64,000 bases of DNA from Mobula birostris (taxonomy: Eukaryota), in contig NC_092401.1 of assembly GCF_030028105.1 (NCBI RefSeq), positions 7,846,984-7,910,983 on the forward strand. The letters run 5' to 3'. The translations under genes were made by a program, and so were the position numbers. Each line of letters starts with the position of its first letter. Within the stretch, counting starts at the first letter, position 1. Of this stretch, positions 53,001 to 61,499 are shown in pieces. The notes beneath the pieces are model-generated. The model was not told the DNA's origin and searched no databases. It saw nothing but the letters and a program-made list of their open reading frames with translations.

Positions 53001-54264
53001 CCTTGCACATCTTAAAATCTTCACTCTGTCATTCACCCTCTACCCCGTCCCACAAACAGTCAGGTCCGCATTGGGACCTTGCTGTGTGTGGACTGAGAAT
53101 ACTGTTCACCATTGTACAGCAGGACACTAAAGTACAATGGCCCCATGTGTCTCCACAGTACTGATGCATCAAAATAGGAGAGATGATTGATCCAGTCAAA
53201 CACTCCCAAAACAACACACACACAATGCTGGAGGGACTCAGCAGGTTAGGCAGCATCTATGGAAACGACACTTCAAGCCGAGACCCTTCTTCAGCACTGG
53301 AAAGGAAGGGGGAAGACTGCAGGACACTCCCGTAGTTTGAAGAGTTCTGTATGGAGTGGGAGGAGCGCTTGTTGTTCGTTCATCTGCATTTGAAATAAAG
53401 AACTCAACAGCCTTTGGTGTTGATAATCAGATCACTTACACTGGACATCGAGAGTGGCTGACTGTCGTTTAACAATGGTGTTGGAGTGATGGTGAAGTTT
53501 CAGCTCGGCCTCGCAGGTGAACTGCTGTCCATTCAGCTCTGCTCGTGGATTCACAGTGTGGTAGATAGTCAGCCCAGTACTGGCTGACCTGTTCACTAAT
53601 ATCTCACTTCCCTTCTTCAGTCTGAGTTGAAGTTCCCCTGAGACGTTAAACACACTGCAGGTGATATTCACCGGAATTCCCTCAGTGGTGATCGGGATTT
53701 GGATTTCTGGGTTGGAGAAAACTGTAACAACAGAGAACATTGTTAGAAACTTTCTCAAAGTGAGTTCTGCAGCCCTTCTGTACCACTAGACTGAGGTAGC
53801 AAATGGAACTCTTTTGAAGTCTGTCTGTGATACAGCACCCACCTACCTCACTGTGTGTCTAGTGGCTAAAGAAAGTGCGGTGGGAATTATCAAAATTCCC
53901 CCCCCCCCACAGTTCCCAGCATCATTCACTCCTGACCCAATCTCATCAAGGCAAATGACACACTGGTTCAGTGCATCCGACAGAGTGGAACTTTGCAGCA
54001 CACATACACATACACACACGTAAACACACACACATATACACGCTCGTAAACACACACACATATACACGCTCGTAAACACACACGTATACACACAGATTTA
54101 TTTACAATGTCTTTGAGTCTGAGCAATCCTGGAAAAGCTGTCATTCACCATCACAACAGGGTTGACTTGGCCAGTAACCAGCCAGTGGTTTCTCAGTCAT
54201 TTCAGATGGCACTTTGCCTTCAAAGCAATGGTAAATAATCCACAGAATTAATTCCTTGTGTATG

Positions 54265-54309
<45 letters not shown>

Positions 54310-57300
54310 ATCTAATTGCAACTTATAGATTATTTTATGTATTGCGCTGTACTGCTGCCACAAATCAACAAAATTCACAGCGCATATCAATAATGATAAA
54401 CTGATTCTGATTTAACTTTGCTGCAAACTTCTGTCTCCTTTCTATCTAATGATACGTTTGCTGGCAGCCTTTGATCCCACATTCAGTTTCTATCTCTGAC
54501 AAATTCAATTGCCGGTCGCTGCTTCTGCAACACGATCTTATCCTGGTGCACAGATTTCTGAATGGATGTACACTACCTCAGTATTTGATTTTTTGCTCTC
54601 TTTTTGCAATACCATGCAGATATATATATCTTATTGTAATTTATAATTTGTTCTCGTTCTTCTACATGACACTGCACTGCTGTGGCAAAACAATAAATGT
54701 CATGACATGTGCCAATGGTGTTGAACCAGATTCTGATTAATGTCCAGGCTTAGTCTCATGCTCCATGGAACCTGCTCCATTGATAAACCCATGGCTAAAT
54801 AACTACATCTGATTCAAAGATTCAAAGGTTCATTTTATTGTCAATGTTTGTATGCAGAATACATCTCTCATATTCGTCTTCTCCAGATAGCCATGACATT
54901 CAGAAAAACTGTGGGAGTTGTTGAAAGAAAGGATGTTGACCACCTCCCATCCATCCCTCCCCACATGAAAAGGAAATCTGCTCCGTGTTGCTGCCAGTAG
55001 ACTGTTTAGGAGCAGGTGGGACACTCTGAAAGATTACTGTCTAGTCAAAGTGCTCAATTATCCAGAATGCTTACCGTACACATTAATGGTAATGCTATCA
55101 TTCTTTGATGAAACTGATGGATAGTCCTGAAAATCTGCCATGCATTTCAGTTCAGTCACACTGGTCTCTCGTGGTGTCCATGTAGCTGTTGCCTGGACTG
55201 TGGTGAGATTTGATCTACTGGCAACTGAGTTCCATTCCTCACCATCCTGAAACCACCTTAATCTCACCTTCTCGGCAGGGTAGATGTTTGAGACCTCACA
55301 CGTCAATGTGGTCTCCTGATTTACTTCTACAGGGTCTCTGTTGACAATCCTTGGGGGCTCTGGAAAAGCTGCAATACACACAAGAAATTCACTGCATATT
55401 GGTTTGCCTTGGCCTGTTTCAGATACTGATGGAATGATGCAAAACTGACCAGATCTTTATAAGCCTCTGTACACAACCAGGAGTTCATCAAACCCACGTC
55501 GGTATCAGCAGGTTCCATACTATGCTCTTTCTCTGAACTCTTTCTGCTCTTCAGGCATCCCAAAAATCTAACTCTTTGCTCCTCCCGTGGGCAGTAATAC
55601 AGAGTAAACGCTCACTGACCTATCAAGAGTGTGGTCTCAGTGAGCAGCTAGTTTGGGGTGGCACGGTAGTGTAGTGGTTAGCACAATGCTTTACGGTGCA
55701 GGTGATCCATGTTCAATTCCCGATGCTGCCTGTGAGGAGTTTGTACGTTTTCCTGTGACCGTGTGGGTTTCCTCCCACAGTCCAAAGACGTACTGGTTGG
55801 TGGGTGAACTGGTCATTGTAAAATGTAGTGCGATTAGGCTCGGGTTAAAATGGTGGATTGGTGGGCAGCGTGACTCGAAGGGCTGCGAGGGTGTATTCTG
55901 CATTGCAGTCTTTCAATCTATTTTGTTCTGCCCGTACTGGCCCAAAAGAAGGGCTGATCCCTAAAGAATGGTCATAAAGAAAACTTTAGGCACATTTGCC
56001 TTCATAAATCCAAGTACTGAGTACAGGAGATGGAACATTATGTTGAAGTTTTATTAGGCATTGGTGAAGCCTAATTTGGAGTACTTTATACTTTATAGTT
56101 TATTGTCGCCAAACAATTGATACTAGAATGTACAATCATCACAGCGATATTTGATTCTGCACTTCCCGCTCCCTGGATTACAAATATTAACTATTTAAGA
56201 TATTTAAAATAGTAAAAATTAGTAAATATTAAACATTTAAATTATAAATCATAAATAGAAAATAGAAAAATGGAAAGTAAGGTAGTGCAAAAAAATCCGA
56301 GAGGCAGGTATTGTGTGTAGTTCTGGTCACCTACCTATTGGAAAGATGTAAATGAGGTTGAAAAAGTACAGATAAAATTTACAAGGATTTTGCAAACAAC
56401 AGGAATTCTGCAGATGCTGGAAATTCAAGCAACACACACAAAAGTTGCTGGTGAACGCAGCAGGCCAGGCAGGACCTGATGAAGGGTCTTGGCCTGAAAC
56501 GTCGACTGCACCTCTTCCTAGAGATGCTGCCTGGCCTGCTGCGTTCACCAGCAACTTTTATGTGTGTTACAAGGATTTTGCCCTGGATTGCAGGACCTGA
56601 GTTATGTGGGAAGATTGAATAGGTTAGGACTTTATTCCTTGGAAAGCCGTAGACTAAGAGGAGATTTCATAGAATTACACAAAATTATGAGGGGCAAGCT
56701 TTTCCCACAGAGGTTGGGTGGTACTGCAACTGGAGGTCATGGGTTAAGGGTGAAAGGTGAAAAGTTCATTGGGAAAATGAGAGGAAACTTCTTCATTCAA
56801 ATGGCTGTGAGGTTGTGGAACGAGCTGCCAGTGCAAATGGTGCATGTGAGCTCGATTTGAACATTTAAGAGAAGTTAGGATAGGTACCTGGTTGGTAGGG
56901 GTATGGAGGGCTGTGGTGCTGATGCAGATTGACGGGAGCAGGTAGATTAAATGGTTCAGCACAAACTAGGTGGGCTGTACTTTTCTGTGGGTGTCTATTA
57001 CCCACCACCTGCACTGACCACCAAGAGGGACACGGGAGTATCAGGTAAGAGTGCAGAATTTGCAGGAGTTTGGAATTGTTTCAGTGATCTTCAGCCAAAT
57101 AATCTCTTCTACTTCCATGATTCTCTGAAGTTGTAAACTTTCAGTCTTGGTTGAAGATAAACAAGTTTTGCTGAGTGAATAAAACAAGAACTAAATGTGA
57201 AAACTTTCAAAACAGGACCGCTCATTGCTTATTCTTGCCAATCTTTAACCAATGTGGGGAGAGGCTAAGGGGCAGTTCGATTTCAAAATGGAACTCACAG

Positions 57301-60300
57301 TAAGTTTGCAGAGTCACAGATGCATTTGCAATTTGTTTGGTCCTGTTCAGGTCCAAGTTCAACTCTGACAAGCAGGTGTACACCAGTCCATCGTCTGAAA
57401 TACTTGGAGTGAAATGAAGGATGTTCTTCAGTGGACCATCATCTGGGTAACCTGGTTTCTCTGTGGAAATACTTGCTACAGTCTCACTCCCTCTGAGCCA
57501 GGTGAGTACGAGTTTGTTCCTTGGATAGACCTTCGGGCCAGTACACTCCAGCTGATATGGTTTGTTAACTTCCAGCATGTCAGGAGGTGTAACAACGCTT
57601 AAGTTTCGATCTGTCAAAGGAGAATCATGATTGACAATGGAGATTGGAAAATTCCAAATCAAAAATTACCCTGACCAATGTGCTTGTGGATCATCCCAGC
57701 CTGTGACATTCCCAGATTCTGTGTAACACTTTCAAGTTATACATAATTTTATGTTGCTGCCTTTCATCCTGTTATACTCCGCTATTGGATGTATTTAGAA
57801 CAAAAGTTTTCACTTACTGTACACGGGGACCACCCGTTTGTCCTCCTTCACTGAAGTTTGACATATTACAGTACAGGGCACTGTGAAATCCCATTTCTGA
57901 ACACTCAGAAATCGGTCTGTAATCCACTTATCACCCTTAATTCTGTTGGGATTTATCCCTGGTTTATATTCCAGAGTTATCGATGGATTGTTACACGTTG
58001 TACTGCAGTTCACCTCCAGGGAGTGTCCAAATTCCACCACTAGGGAGTTTGTTTTGACCGAAACCTCAAATCCATTCAGTTTATCTGCCAGAGACACACA
58101 GGGAAATGGAATCTGTTCAGTGAAGTGTTGTGTGCAGTTCAATCTCAGCTGAGAATGGATAGACTTACCGTTCAGACAGTGAGGGGACAGTTCACCAGAC
58201 TGATTCCCAGGATGGCAGGACTGGCACATGAAGAGAGATTGAGTCAACTATGCCCATGTACATTGAGGTTTGGAAAATTAGAGAAAATTGAATCAAACTT
58301 ATGACGTTTTGACAGATTTCAAGAGGTTGGATGCAGGATGTACGTTTTCCCCAGCTGATGAGTGTAAACAAGGGATTGCAGTCTCAGGATGGAGAGATCG
58401 AGCTGTGGAGAAAAATCTTCACACACATGTAGTGAAGACCAAATCACTAAATGTATTTAAATAGGAAGACAGACTTTGAGACACCAGTGGCATTTATGTA
58501 GAGAACACAGGCATCTCTTGTGTGCAACAGTTTGAATGAACTTCATTGCAGTCTGTTCCACACAAAATAAATGTTTGGTTCAATGGTTCCATTTAAAATC
58601 AGACAATGTATATAGTATACAACCTGAAATTCTTGCTCTTCGCAGACGTCCATGAAACAGAAGGGAAAAAAACTCAAAGAATGAATGACAGAAAATGTTT
58701 TAACCCTAAAGCGCCCCCTCCTCCCATGAACAAGCAACAAAAACTTCAGTCTCCCATCCCTCTGACCCCACTTGATCCAGCAAACATCAACTGCGCCCCC
58801 CCCTCTTACCACCCGCCCCCCCCATGCAAGCAAAAGCAAAGCCCCCAGAGACCAAGATCTAGAGTTCATCAGGCAGGATAATTTCATCAGCATAATTTTA
58901 GCCCTTGCAATTCAATCTGATGGAATATTTTCAGTCAAAGACCTTAAAGACTACTAAAAAGGGTGGATCTGATGTCAAACAGTATTACGGACCCCTGAAT
59001 TCTGCAAAAGTTTTCCCTGGAAATAATTAAGCTCCATCTTTCCAAGCATTATTCAGTAGAAATTACCCGATTCAGGTTTAATATCAACATCATATGTTGT
59101 GAGATTTGTTAACTTTGCGGCAGCAGTACAATGAAATACATGATAATTATAGAAAACAACTATATTACAGTAAAGATATGTGGATATTAAATAGTTAAAT
59201 TAAAATAAGTGCTAAATCAGAGATACTGAGGTAGTGTTCATGGGTCAATGTCCATTAGGAATTGGATGGCGGAGAGGAAGAAGCTATTCCTGAATCGCTG
59301 AGTGTGTGCCTTCAGGCTCCTGTACTTCCTTTCTGATGGTAACAATGAGAAGAGGGCATGTCCTGTGTGATGTGTGTGCTTAATGCTGGACGCTGCCTTT
59401 CTGCGGCACCAGTCCTTGAAGATGTCTTGGATACTACGGAGCCTACTGCCCCCGATGGAGCTGACTAACTTTACAATATAAAGTAATGATAAATTTCTGT
59501 CAGTTTTTATAAAGTGAAGCCAAAAATTGAGATAGGAAGCCGCATCTTATAGCACACACTTGTGCTGGAAAGTTTGTGAACCCTGTAGAATTTTCTGTAT
59601 TTCTGCATGAATATGACCTAAAATATGCTCAGATCTTCATGCAAATCATAAAACTAGATAATTAGAACCCAATTAAATAAGTAACATCAAAAATATTATT
59701 GGGAAAAATGACCCAATATTACATGTATTTGCTGGGAAAAGTATGTGAACCTCTGGAGTAATGCCTTCCACAAAAGTTATTTAGAGTCAGGTGCTGCAAT
59801 CAATGAGATGAGATTGGAGGTGTGGGTTGTAGAGATGTGCTGCCCTATAAAACAGACACACAAAGTCAGGTTACTGACAGAGCCTGCTCTTCTCATGAAA
59901 GATCTGTTATGTGCACCATGCCTCAGTCGAAACAACTTTCAGAGGACCTCAGAAGAAGAATTGTAGAGATGCATGAAGCTCGAAAAGGCTGCAAAAGCAT
60001 TTCTAAAGACCTACGTGTTCATCAGTCGACAGTAAGAGAAATCGTCTACAAATGGAGGAAACTGTTGCTACCGTCCCTGGGAATGGGCGTCCTGCAAAGA
60101 TCACACCAAGAGCTTGAAGTGCAGGGCTGAAGGAGATGAAAAAGAACCCAAGAGTAACAGCAAAAGATCTGCAGAAATTTCTAGAACTCACTAAGTCTCT
60201 GTACATGTGTCCACTATAAGAAAAACAAGAATGGTGTTCCTAGAAAAACACCACGGAGGAAATTACTGTTCTCCAAAGAAAAAAAAACATTGCTGCATCT

Positions 60301-60967
60301 CAAGTTTGCAAAAGTCCACCTGCATGTTTTACAGCACTTCTGGGGCAATGTTCTGTGGACAGATGAGACAAAAAGTTTGAACTTTTTGGCAGAAACTGTT
60401 TGGAGGAAAAATGGCACGGCACACCAACACTAAACTCTCATCCGAAATGTGAAGCATGGTGAAAGGATCGTCATGGTTTGGGGCTGCTTTGCTGCCTCAG
60501 TGCCTGGACAGTTTGCAATCGTTGAGAGAACAATGAATTCAAAATTGTGCCAGGACATTTTACAGGAGAATGTCAGGGTAGCAGTCCGTCACCTGAAGCT
60601 TAATAGAAGTTGGATAACACAGAGAACAGGAAGGAGCCCAACGAAGCGTGGCGTCTGCGACCGGCTAAGCTTTCGCCCAGTGAAAAAAGGAACGAGTAAC
60701 CGTGAAACGGTGTGAAACGCTCCCGGCAAGTTATGCAGAATAAAGGGACACTTTCATCAAATGTGGCCGGTTGAAGATCCGTTCACGAGACGCACTCTAA
60801 CCGCCTCGCAGAAACATACAGTTATAAACATTCAGCTTCTGATTCTGCGAGCTCAAACAGATGAATGAACAGTTATTACGTTTAAAGGTATTTGACCTAC
60901 CTGTTATGACGGAAAGTGCTGTGAGAAATAAAACATAACCGCCCGCTGAAATCTGCGTGTAACCCAT
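25804..60967 (-). CDS. ICAM-family cell adhesion molecule, 10 coding exons, 874 aa: signal peptide, 8 Ig domains, TM, cytoplasmic tail
   Basis: Exons 60967-60901, 58084-57818, 57610-57299, 55368-55075, 53721-53440, 43402-43091, 41749-41456, 40226-39945, 33908-33627, 26036-25804. Lengths 67+267+312+294+282+312+294+282+282+233 = 2625 nt = 874 aa plus stop. All junctions are phase 1 with GT-AG. D1 has the ICAM/VCAM double-disulphide pattern ([10 protein letters not shown]...PCTVIC). Orthology to a specific ICAM is not resolved. Confidence 0.88.
27700..33385 (+). mobile_element. Near full-length L1 LINE, inactivated, in the last intron
   Basis: ORF1 from about 27774 to 28623 (frameshifted). ORF2 from 29289: APE (FAQETH, GGDFN, SNHAP), RT ([22 protein letters not shown]), C-terminal CxxC-HMFW-like motif. 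A-rich 3' end about 33360-33385. Confidence 0.9.
33390..33475 (-). mobile_element. tRNA-like SINE head
   Basis: Minus: gtgtagctcgtcgg (A-box-like), ctcctg/cgggag stem, T-arm gagg-ttcaatc-cctc. No acceptor stem. Confidence 0.45.
33627..33908 (-). CDS. Exon 9: Ig domain D8 (membrane-proximal)
   Basis: [39 protein letters not shown]...[23 protein letters not shown]. Acceptor cttttccag. The in-frame phase-1 donor is AAG|GTCCGT; a GTAAGT donor lies 4 nt downstream. Confidence 0.85.
35463..36098 (+). mobile_element. Penelope-like element 3' fragment (GIY-YIG endonuclease end plus terminal repeat with hammerhead)
   Basis: Translates across a frameshift as [28 protein letters not shown]...[24 protein letters not shown]...[27 protein letters not shown]. 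Followed by a pyrimidine-rich UTR, the hammerhead and a tgtgtgtt end. Confidence 0.85.
35999..36036 (+). ncRNA. Minimal type I hammerhead ribozyme motif (best-paired stem I)
   Basis: tAGTC-CTGACGA-AGGgtctcggCCT-GAAA-CATC-GACTg: stem I, CUGANGA core, stem II, GAAA and loopless stem III. A G>A change gives AUC where copies at 5200 and 56476 have GUC. Confidence 0.75.
37770..39850 (+). mobile_element. Young 5'-truncated CR1 LINE
   Basis: ORF 37680-39443 (587 aa) with [33 protein letters not shown]. One frameshift near 39435; tttctatggtttcta tail. Confidence 0.95.
39945..40226 (-). CDS. Exon 8: Ig domain D7 (duplicate of D4)
   Basis: [21 protein letters not shown]...TLDVQ. Splice sites match exon 5, 282 nt. 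Confidence 0.9.
40297..40484. mobile_element. hAT-type MITE, 8-bp TSD
   Basis: TSD CACTAGAC (40289-40296, 40485-40492); termini C(A)GGGGT...ACCCCTG. The paralogous site near 53785 is empty. Confidence 0.85.
41456..41749 (-). CDS. Exon 7: Ig domain D6 (duplicate of D3)
   Basis: [27 protein letters not shown]...ITIDMY. Acceptor gtattgcag, donor G|GTAAGT, 294 nt, open frame. Confidence 0.9.
42034..42297 (+). mobile_element. tRNA-derived SINE (copy B)
   Basis: A-box-like tagtgtagtggtt, B-box-like gttcaattccc, CR1-like 3' end. Paralogue at 55655-55918. Confidence 0.8.
42350..42790 (+). mobile_element. CR1 3' fragment (copy B)
   Basis: RRLRGDMI...RGHGLRVKG; paralogous to 56580-56990. Confidence 0.8.
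43091..43402 (-). CDS. Exon 6: Ig domain D5 (duplicate of D2)
   Basis: [42 protein letters not shown]...VTLQTY. Acceptor cctttaacag, donor T|GTGAGT, 312 nt, open frame. Confidence 0.9.
43500..44135. mobile_element. Back-to-back Penelope-like 3' fragments (minus, then plus)
   Basis: Minus copy 43500-43930 ends in a QPDGMNIE remnant; plus tail at 43960-44135. Both hammerheads are degenerate. Confidence 0.65.
44270..45020 (-). mobile_element. Rex1/Babar-type LINE fragment
   Basis: [12 protein letters not shown]...[10 protein letters not shown]...[19 protein letters not shown]. Confidence 0.8.
45448..49750 (+). mobile_element. Gypsy LTR retrotransposon, degenerate, PNMA-type gag
   Basis: LTR 45448-46016 (TGTAAC...TTTCA) and tRNA-Pro-like PBS tgggggtatcatctgggat at 46021-46039. 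gag [24 protein letters not shown]; protease remnant [11 protein letters not shown]; [16 protein letters not shown]; integrase [12 protein letters not shown]...FYWP...[10 protein letters not shown]. RNase H and 3' LTR missing. Confidence 0.85.
49829..52665 (+). mobile_element. CR1 LINE (most of ORF2) inserted into a SINE, 6-bp TSD
   Basis: APE (GDFNFP, GDSDH) and RT ORFs with frameshifts. TSD GTTAAT at 49823-49828 and 52666-52671. SINE halves at 49757-49828 and 52666-52790. Confidence 0.92.
53440..53721 (-). CDS. Exon 5: Ig domain D4
   Basis: [28 protein letters not shown]...QFTCEAEL...TLDVQ. Acceptor gttgttacag, donor T|GTAAGT, 282 nt. Confidence 0.92.
53995..54095. repeat. Compound (CA)-rich repeat
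   Basis: Repeated acacacatatacacgctcgtaaac units. Confidence 0.85.
54267..54307. repeat. (AC)n microsatellite
   Basis: About 20 perfect AC units. Confidence 0.95.
55075..55368 (-). CDS. Exon 4: Ig domain D3
   Basis: [42 protein letters not shown]...LKCMADF...ITINVY. Acceptor gtattgcag, donor G|GTAAGC, 294 nt. Confidence 0.92.
55655..55918 (+). mobile_element. tRNA-derived SINE (copy A)
   Basis: Near-identical to 42034-42297, same flanks. Confidence 0.8.
56394..56566. mobile_element. Palindromic Penelope-derived insertion, 13-15-bp TSD
   Basis: TSD (tt)acaaggattttgc at 56379-56393 and 56567-56581, interrupting a CR1 fragment. Confidence 0.85.
56471..56508 (+). ncRNA. Hammerhead ribozyme motif, intact core, imperfect stem I
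   Basis: aggac-CTGATGA-AGGgtcttggCCT-GAAA-CGTC-GACTG. Confidence 0.6.
57299..57610 (-). CDS. Exon 3: Ig domain D2
   Basis: [42 protein letters not shown]...YTCLSELNL...VTLQTY. Acceptor cctttgacag, donor T|GTGAGT, 312 nt. Confidence 0.92.
57818..58084 (-). CDS. Exon 2: Ig domain D1 (ICAM N-terminal type)
   Basis: [42 protein letters not shown]...[23 protein letters not shown]. Acceptor tctctggcag, donor A|GTAAGT, 267 nt. Confidence 0.92.
59060..59470 (-). mobile_element. Rex-type LINE 3' fragment
   Basis: Similar to 16530-16980. Confidence 0.65.
59560..60620 (+). mobile_element. Tc1/mariner transposon, 3'-truncated, frameshifted
   Basis: TIR-like gtgctggaaagtttgtgaaccc. ATG 59918 [32 protein letters not shown]; LWTDETK and [16 protein letters not shown] motifs. 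Confidence 0.88.
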
Positions 60968-61200
60968 AATGAGTGCATGTCAAGGAGGGCGTGATCCGGA
61001 GCTGGCGAGGTTCGGGCTCTTGTACTGGTGATCCGCGGCTATCGATGTCGGTGGGTGGGACCAAACATATCCGCTCCGGCCATCAATCAGCGTCCGTGAT
61101 GGTGGGACAGAGTTAATTTGTCATGGTCAGTACGAAGTATCCAGGGAGCTCAGGGCGACTTCACTTTGTGGGTGGATTCAGAGAATCGAAGTACATTTAT
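60620..61200 (-). promoter_or_regulatory. CpG-rich promoter/exon 1 region of the ICAM-like gene
   Basis: Many more CG dinucleotides than the CpG-poor flanks, non-repetitive, surrounds the ATG. No clear TATA box. TSS unknown. Confidence 0.6.
60901..60967 (-). CDS. Exon 1: signal peptide [22 protein letters not shown]
   Basis: ATG in strong Kozak context (attATGG), hydrophobic stretch, donor CAG|GTAGGT in phase 1. Joins D1 as ...[13 protein letters not shown]. Lies in the CpG-rich segment. Too short for the ORF track. Confidence 0.8.
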
Positions 61201-61499
61201 TATCAAAGTACTTATGCAGTGTACAACTCTGAGATTCATCGTCCGCGCAGACAGCCACGAAATAAAGAAAACCGTGGAACCCGTTCAGAGAAAAGTATCA
61301 ACCGCCCCACGAGCAGAATAAAAAACAAATTGCGCAAATGTAACAAATAAAAGAGCGAAAAATACAGAAACTGAAACGCACAATTAAGAGTCCAGGCATA
61401 TTCAGGTCAGCTGTGTTCGCTTTCTGCAGGCTGCCCCAATTCAAAAACGCCCAAAGTAGCAAGAAAAAAAAAGTGGTTACCAGAAACCACAACGTCAAG

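Larger units (their letters stand above)
55975..56990 (+). mobile_element. CR1 3' fragment (copy A) with two nested insertions
   Basis: CR1 split by an AT-rich reversed LINE tail (about 56090-56308) and the palindromic element. Confidence 0.8.
53400..57625. repeat. Internal tandem duplication, copy A (D2-D4 block)
   Basis: Paralogous to 39905-43420, with copy-specific indels. Confidence 0.95.

Noticed and set aside
53490-53510. HHH motif in D4/D7 as a metal-binding site
   Set aside because: Three histidines in a loop with no supporting pattern or comparative evidence.
39905-57625. Two separate tandem ICAM genes instead of one
   Set aside because: No TM/stop exon after D4 and no signal or D1 exon before D5 were found in 43420-53400, which is TE-filled. 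The D4-to-D5 junction is in frame.
39905-57625. False duplication from haplotype misassembly
   Set aside because: D2/D5 differ by about 11% and the blocks have copy-specific insertions. This is too divergent for alleles, though long reads are still the decisive check.
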